Of a stretch of 64,000 nt of DNA, positions 59,165 to 64,000 are shown piece after piece. The DNA comes from Candidatus Pacearchaeota archaeon (GTDB taxonomy: Archaea > Nanobdellota > Nanobdellia > Pacearchaeales > GW2011-AR1), in assembly GCA_018304025.1 (NCBI GenBank), contig JAGVXA010000008.1, forward strand, positions 2,660 through 66,659. The letters run 5' to 3'. Position 1 is the first letter of the stretch. Every line of letters begins with the position of its first letter. The notes below the pieces were generated by a model. The model had not been told where the DNA came from, searched no databases, and saw only the letters and a program-made list of their open reading frames with translations. The position numbers and the translations under genes were made by a program.

Positions 59165-60247
59165 TCAGCGGAAGACTTCTATTCCTAAGTCTGACATTTG
59201 CGATTTGACGTTGGTGGCTTCTTCTTTTTCCTGATGTCTGCCGAGGACGTAAGGCGATTTAACTCCTGTCATTATTGTAATAACACGGACTTTGTTCGCG
59301 AATTCTTTGTTGACTCTTGCGCCGATAATTACCTGCGCTTCTGGATTAATGTTTTCTGTTACTAATTCACCGACTCCTGCAAATTCTTCCAACTTGAAGT
59401 CTGGTCCGCAGGTTATGTGAATTAATGCGCCTGTTGCTCCTCTGTAATCTACGTCGAGTAATGGCTGTGTCAGCGCTTGCCTGACTGCTTCATCAACTCT
59501 TGTTGACGCGTCTGATTCTCCGACGCCAATAACTGCAACATCTCCGCCTTTCATGATTGCTGAAACGTCTGCATAGTCCAAGTTAATTAATGACGGTAAG
59601 GTGATAGTTTCGACTATGCCTTTAATCATTGTACTAACCAGTTCATTTGCTACGGCGAATGCCTGCTCCATCGGCAGATTTCCTGCAATGTCTACAAGCC
59701 TGTTGTTGTCAATCAAGATTGCTGTGTCCACGACTTCTGTTATTTCCTGCAATCCGAATTCTGCTTTGTCCTGTCTTATTTTTTCGCATTCGAATGGCAT
59801 TGTTGCTACTGCAATTACTACTGCGCCTGATTCTTTTGCCAACTGCGCTACTACTGGTGCTGCGCCTGTTCCTGTTCCTCCGCCTAAACCTACAAGAATG
59901 AAAACCATGTCTGCGCCGCTTGTTGCTTTTTTCAATTCAGACAAGGATTCTTTTGCTGCTTCTCTTCCAATTGTCGGACGTCCGCCTGCGCCTAATCCTC
60001 TTGTTAATTCCTTTCCGATTAAAACTTTCTCGTCGGATTTTGTTATAGAAAGATGGAGAGCGTCGGTGTTGATTCCGTAAATTGTTGCGCCGTTGATTCC
60101 TTTGTTGAAAAGCCAAGTTGCTGCGTTGCATCCCATTCCGCCGACTCCGAAGACTTTGATGTTTGCTTTTCCAGCTCGAAGTTCGTCAAAATTTATGCTG
60201 TGGGTTTCTGCGTTTTTTATCGCTTCTTTTGTAAAGTCAAGTACCAT
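59165..60247 (-). CDS. ftsZ: cell division protein FtsZ
   Basis: tubulin signature GGGTGTGAAPVVA, FGVGGMGCNA, NTDALHL; 360 aa. Confidence 0.9.
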   Translation of the reverse strand: MVLDFTKEAIKNAETHSINFDELRAGKANIKVFGVGGMGCNAATWLFNKGINGATIYGINTDALHLSITKSDEKVLIGKELTRGLGAGGRPTIGREAAKESLSELKKATSGADMVFILVGLGGGTGTGAAPVVAQLAKESGAVVIAVATMPFECEKIRQDKAEFGLQEITEVVDTAILIDNNRLVDIAGNLPMEQAFAVANELVSTMIKGIVETITLPSLINLDYADVSAIMKGGDVAVIGVGESDASTRVDEAVRQALTQPLLDVDYRGATGALIHITCGPDFKLEEFAGVGELVTENINPEAQVIIGARVNKEFANKVRVITIMTGVKSPYVLGRHQEKEEATNVKSQMSDLGIEVFR

Positions 60248-60402
60248 ATAAGTGTACCTCCTTTCAGTGTAATAATGTTTTTTTGAAATGGTTTTAGTTT
60301 ATATATTTGATTGTTGTAGAAATTAGATGTTTGGGATGGGAATTTTTAGTTTGTTTTGAAGAGTATATAAAATTTTATAAGTCTGATTAGTTATCTAAAT
60401 TG

Positions 60403-60714
60403 ATGGTAATTAGTTTTGATGAAGCTGTTAAGAAAAAGACTTTGTGCGGGCCTGAGTTTTATGAAGCCTTGACAGGAGAGAATACTGGAATGTGGGCTGC
60501 GGATAGCACAACTTTACCTGCTAGTACTCGCAAGCAGCTTAGGGAAGATAACATGGAGCAAATTTTGGGATTAGCTGAGAAAATGGTTGAGTTTTATGGC
60601 GGGACAAGGCATAGCTCGCGAGTTAAGGATATGAAACGAGCTTATGACGGGAGAAATTTTGGCGAGTTTCACCAGCAGACTCTTGAATTATTATTAGATA
60701 TTAGAACGGATTAG
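60403..60714 (+). CDS. hypothetical protein
   Basis: open frame from ATG 60403; no recognisable domain; 3' end overlaps the convergent exonuclease gene by 21 nt. Confidence 0.35.
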   Translation: MVISFDEAVKKKTLCGPEFYEALTGENTGMWAADSTTLPASTRKQLREDNMEQILGLAEKMVEFYGGTRHSSRVKDMKRAYDGRNFGEFHQQTLELLLDIRTD

Positions 60715-61338
60715 GTTTTCGGGTATTGGGAATTGCTCGAATTCTTTGAAAAGTGATTTTCCGTAGAGAATTCTTGAGAGACATTCTGCTTCTAGTTTCG
60801 CGTCTTCTAACGCATTGTGCGGAGTTCCTTCTTTGATTACTTTTCCTTCCTTTAATTGAATTCTTTTTTCTTCCAAACCACAAAACTCCTGAACTTTTGG
60901 AAGGTTCATTGTGCTTTTTCCTTCTTCAATGGGAAAAGAATTATTTATCTGGAAATATTTCTGAAATGCTATCGCATGTATGTCAAGTGTTCGGCGATTC
61001 ATAGGATTTTCTAGACTATATTTTATCGCCTTCGCTGTTAAGAATCCATAATCAAATGGAGTGTTATGCGCTATCATAATTTTATTTTTTATTTTTGAAG
61101 TCCATTCAAAAAAATTTTTTATTAATTGATTTTGGGATTGTTTTTCTGAGTCGCGGAGTTGCTCCTCTGTTTTTCCAATAATTTTTAGTGCTTCTTCTGC
61201 TATCTCGTCTTCGTCGTCAATTCTCGCTTCTTCCAAGAAAATGTTTTTTGGATTATTGAATTCAACTGCTCCGATTTGCCAGATGCCGTACTTTTTCGGG
61301 TCAAATGGGCCGCTGGTTTCGATATCAACCACTATCAT
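60694..61338 (-). CDS. DEDDh 3'-5' exonuclease (DnaQ-like)
   Basis: Exo I IVVDIETSG, Exo II AHNTPFDYGFL, Exo III HNALEDAKLEAE. Confidence 0.8.
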   Translation of the reverse strand: MIVVDIETSGPFDPKKYGIWQIGAVEFNNPKNIFLEEARIDDEDEIAEEALKIIGKTEEQLRDSEKQSQNQLIKNFFEWTSKIKNKIMIAHNTPFDYGFLTAKAIKYSLENPMNRRTLDIHAIAFQKYFQINNSFPIEEGKSTMNLPKVQEFCGLEEKRIQLKEGKVIKEGTPHNALEDAKLEAECLSRILYGKSLFKEFEQFPIPENLIRSNI

Positions 61339-61398
61339 ATTAATTCTCTTTGAAGAAAGTATATAAATTTTTATTAACTAAGATATTCGGAAGAAATT

Positions 61399-61662
61399 AT
61401 GGAATCGAGTATTTTAAACATTATCTTGGGTTTGTTGACAATTCTTTCTTTTCTTTGGTCTTATTTTTCTGAAGAAAACAGAATTATCGCAATGATTATT
61501 GGATTTTTGTTAATTGTTTTAATAATGGTTTCTGAAAAAAATGCAAGGATTGATGAATTGGAAATTAGACAGAAAAAACTTGAGGAAAGACTTAAAATAT
61601 ATGAGAGATTAAATAAACTGGAATTGGAGGTTGAAATTTTGAAAAATGCGAAGAGGAAATAA
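61399..61662 (+). CDS. small membrane/coiled-coil protein
   Basis: two N-terminal hydrophobic helices followed by a coiled-coil tail; 87 aa. Confidence 0.4.
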   Translation: MESSILNIILGLLTILSFLWSYFSEENRIIAMIIGFLLIVLIMVSEKNARIDELEIRQKKLEERLKIYERLNKLELEVEILKNAKRK

Positions 61663-61752
61663 CACGAGCGATTTGATTATTGATATCATAAAAATAGCAG
61701 CAATAATAATACTTGGATTTGTTATAATAAAAGGATTATTACAGGCGCTGAG

Positions 61753-62424
61753 TTAGATTTTCTCCAGAATCTGCGCATGGACATTCAACTCTCTGCATTT
61801 TTCTAAAAATCTCTGCGCGTCTTCGATTGTTCCTGCGACTCCGGCGCCGTAATGCATCGGGATTGCGAGAGTTGGATTCAATAGCGAGGCTGTTTCTGCG
61901 GCCTGCTCTGCGTCCATTGTGAATTCTCCTGAAACTGGAAGCAGTGTAATAAATTGATTGTCTTTTTTTGCGTAGCCTGTCAGGTTTTTCATTTCAGGAA
62001 TTACGTCGGTGTCGCCTGCGTGATAAATTATTACGTCCTGGAATTTTATTATGTAACCGAGCCAGCCTTCTCTTTTCGGATGGAAATCTTTGGTTTTGTT
62101 GTACGCTGGGACTGCTTGTATTTTTATATCCTGTATTTCCAGATTGTCTCCGGATTCAATTAATTCCAAATGAAGATTTTCTATTTTCGTTATTTTCGAC
62201 TGGGCGTCTGCAGGGATTATTACTACGGAATTTGGTTTTGCTATTTTTTGGATGTCTTTGATTGAGCAGTGGTCGTAATGCGGGTGAGTTATAAGAATTA
62301 AATCTGCCTGCGGTACGTTTTGAGAAAGATTATACGGGTCGATTATTATTATTTTTGCTTCTGTTTTTATGAGGAAACCTGAGTGTCCTAAATATTCTAT
62401 TTCTATGTCTTTTATTTTTACCAT
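61753..62424 (-). CDS. metallo-beta-lactamase-fold hydrolase (UPF0173-like)
   Basis: LILITHPHYDHC (HxHxDH) motif, YHAGDT, PMHYG. Confidence 0.75.
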   Translation of the reverse strand: MVKIKDIEIEYLGHSGFLIKTEAKIIIIDPYNLSQNVPQADLILITHPHYDHCSIKDIQKIAKPNSVVIIPADAQSKITKIENLHLELIESGDNLEIQDIKIQAVPAYNKTKDFHPKREGWLGYIIKFQDVIIYHAGDTDVIPEMKNLTGYAKKDNQFITLLPVSGEFTMDAEQAAETASLLNPTLAIPMHYGAGVAGTIEDAQRFLEKCRELNVHAQILEKI

Positions 62425-62585
62425 GATAATAGAATTAAGAGGAGGATTATAAAGTTATTTGTTCGAGAAAAAAATAAAAGAAATGTCAATTAACAAGTTG
62501 TTGTGTGCGTTAAGAGAGCCAATGTATTGCTGACTATTTTCCCTAGTGTAAAAATTATTATATAGGTGATTTATCTTAGTAGGGC

Positions 62586-63536
62586 ATGGGAATTTGGTCA
62601 TTTCTAACCAGGGGAAGGAGAATAGAAAAGGAAGACCCTAAGGTAGTAGAAGAAAGGATAGCAGCTAGAAAAGCCCGAGATGAGATTGAAAGAAGAAGGG
62701 TAAAACAGGTGGAGTTGGAGGCTAAGAATGAATTAGAGGCGCTTATTACATCCTGTGGATTTAAAATTGAAGAGGGGTTTTTATACGGGAATGTAAATTA
62801 TTCGGATTTATTTATTACTGATGGTTTTAAAGCGGTGCAACGAGAAATCGAATCTAATAAAATAAATAGAAGGCAGTATTCCCTGGAAGGATTTATTAGT
62901 GAGAAATCTCTGGGCCCCCATACTGTCATATTTGGAAGAAAATCTGATGAATATGAACGAGATTACATGCGTTACAAAGAACGTCGAGATAAAGTAGTTC
63001 AGGAGAATCCTGGATATTACGTGATAAATTTTGATTTCCCTCTTGATTGGGAAAATTTGAAGGATGTGTGTCTACCTCTAGGATCACGTTTAAATGATAG
63101 AGAAATATTAGTTGTAGGACCTGATAAACCTGGCTGGCCTGAAAAACAACCATGGTTCAAAAAGCTACAAGAAAGATTAATTGATTTCAAATTAGATAAT
63201 CTATTGTCACATGGAGTTGAAGTGACTTGTCCGAGGTGCAACGGTTCTGGTAGATATGAAGAATTTCAGTTTGATTATAATATCAATTGGGAAAGATATG
63301 TAACAGTTGATTGTGGTTGCGGAGGAACCCAAGTAGATATGGTGAAACCTACAGAAGAAGAAAAAAAGAGATATTTAGAGCAAAATCCTATGCCTATTGA
63401 TTTACTAAGGATTAGTTATAAACATGGTTTAAGCAAAAATACGATTGAGGACATCTTAAAATCTAGAGGAATTAATGAACCTACACTGAAAAATGTATTT
63501 TTTAATGTTAGAGTGAAGCGAGCAAGCGATTCTTAG
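62586..63536 (+). CDS. hypothetical protein with Cys-rich zinc-binding-like motif
   Basis: CPRCNGSGR...DCGCGG resembles DnaJ-type CxxCxGxG zinc knuckles; otherwise no recognisable domain. Confidence 0.4.
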   Translation: MGIWSFLTRGRRIEKEDPKVVEERIAARKARDEIERRRVKQVELEAKNELEALITSCGFKIEEGFLYGNVNYSDLFITDGFKAVQREIESNKINRRQYSLEGFISEKSLGPHTVIFGRKSDEYERDYMRYKERRDKVVQENPGYYVINFDFPLDWENLKDVCLPLGSRLNDREILVVGPDKPGWPEKQPWFKKLQERLIDFKLDNLLSHGVEVTCPRCNGSGRYEEFQFDYNINWERYVTVDCGCGGTQVDMVKPTEEEKKRYLEQNPMPIDLLRISYKHGLSKNTIEDILKSRGINEPTLKNVFFNVRVKRASDS

Positions 63537-63547
63537 GTTTTGAGATA

Positions 63548-64000
63548 TTATAACTGTTCGATTTGCTTTGCAATAGATAACATTTTTTCATCTTGGCCCT
63601 TTGCGCAGAGAATCTGAAGTCCTACAGGGCAATTATCTACTTTTCCTATTGGAAGCGAGAGCGCTGGGATTTCTGCAAGGTTTGCAGGGCAAGTCAGGGC
63701 GTCTTCAGCGTAGATTTCTTCTGGGGATAGTTTGGAGATTTCGCCGAGGTTTCTTGGCAATATCGGAACTGTGGCGAGCATGATGCAGTCTACTTTCTTG
63801 AACGCCGAGGCAAATTCTTCTTTTATTATCTCTTTAATCTGCAGGGCTTTGTTGTAGTATCTTCCTTTATGCTCTGCTTTTGTTATTTCAGCGCCGCCGA
63901 GAATTCTTCTGAGGACTTCTTCTCCGCAGGCGTCTTCGATTTTTTTGCCGTATCTTCTGCCGTCGTATTTTCTTGTTGCTGAGAAGAATTCTACGTAGAC
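63548..64000 (-). CDS. gatA: amidase-family protein, probably Glu/Asp-tRNA amidotransferase subunit A, C-terminal part (5' end beyond the window)
   Basis: The frame is open from 64000 with no stop. C-terminal ANLAEIPALSLPIGKVDNCPVGLQILCAKGQDEKMLSIA matches the GatA/amidase C-terminal pattern. Confidence 0.6.
   Translation of the reverse strand, partial: VYVEFFSATRKYDGRRYGKKIEDACGEEVLRRILGGAEITKAEHKGRYYNKALQIKEIIKEEFASAFKKVDCIMLATVPILPRNLGEISKLSPEEIYAEDALTCPANLAEIPALSLPIGKVDNCPVGLQILCAKGQDEKMLSIAKQIEQL

Noticed and set aside
61646-61756. 36-aa hydrophobic mini-ORF (MRRGNNTSDLIIDIIKIAAIIILGFVIIKGLLQALS) overlapping the ends of two genes
   Set aside because: It could be a real small membrane peptide, but it has no recognisable ribosome-binding site or family. 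It overlaps the stop regions of both neighbours, so it is too weak to call.

Overview
AT-rich, gene-dense archaeal segment, DPANN-like by gene content: RadB, ATP-dependent DNA ligase, TFE, MCM, aRF1, aIF2-beta, NAC, Sec61-beta, FtsZ, MinD, ScpB, RPA-like OB protein and class III signal-peptide pilins. Standard genetic code; mostly plus-strand genes. Four things stand out. (1) A tRNA-Asn(GUU) gene at 55225-55555 carries a 258-nt intron with a complete group I (IC3/Azoarcus-like) ribozyme core instead of an archaeal bulge-helix-bulge intron. Two extra direct copies of the tRNA 3' end follow it. (2) Intergenic DNA is a mosaic of short structured repeats, all on the plus strand. Family A has an outer stem enclosing two hairpins, with compensatory stem changes. 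Four copies carry an identical TATA-like head. One copy is nested inside another repeat and one is inserted in frame in a CDS. Families B/C are cUUCGg-capped hairpins plus GGAGATAATTA modules. (3) A type IV pilus/archaellum-like locus at 12.5-24.9 kb has unusual low-complexity N-terminal extensions on its ATPase, membrane and KaiC-like components, and includes a large vWA pilin-like protein. (4) A surface-protein island at 42.9-52.8 kb holds a ~4.7 kb Asn/Tyr/Trp repeat gene saturated with N-x-S/T sequons. That gene is broken by three frame changes, then followed by a glycine-rich-domain protein and membrane-anchored proteins. The bacterial-type AlaRS also carries a ~125-aa HAD-like insertion. 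All calls rest on motif recognition by eye; no searches were run.
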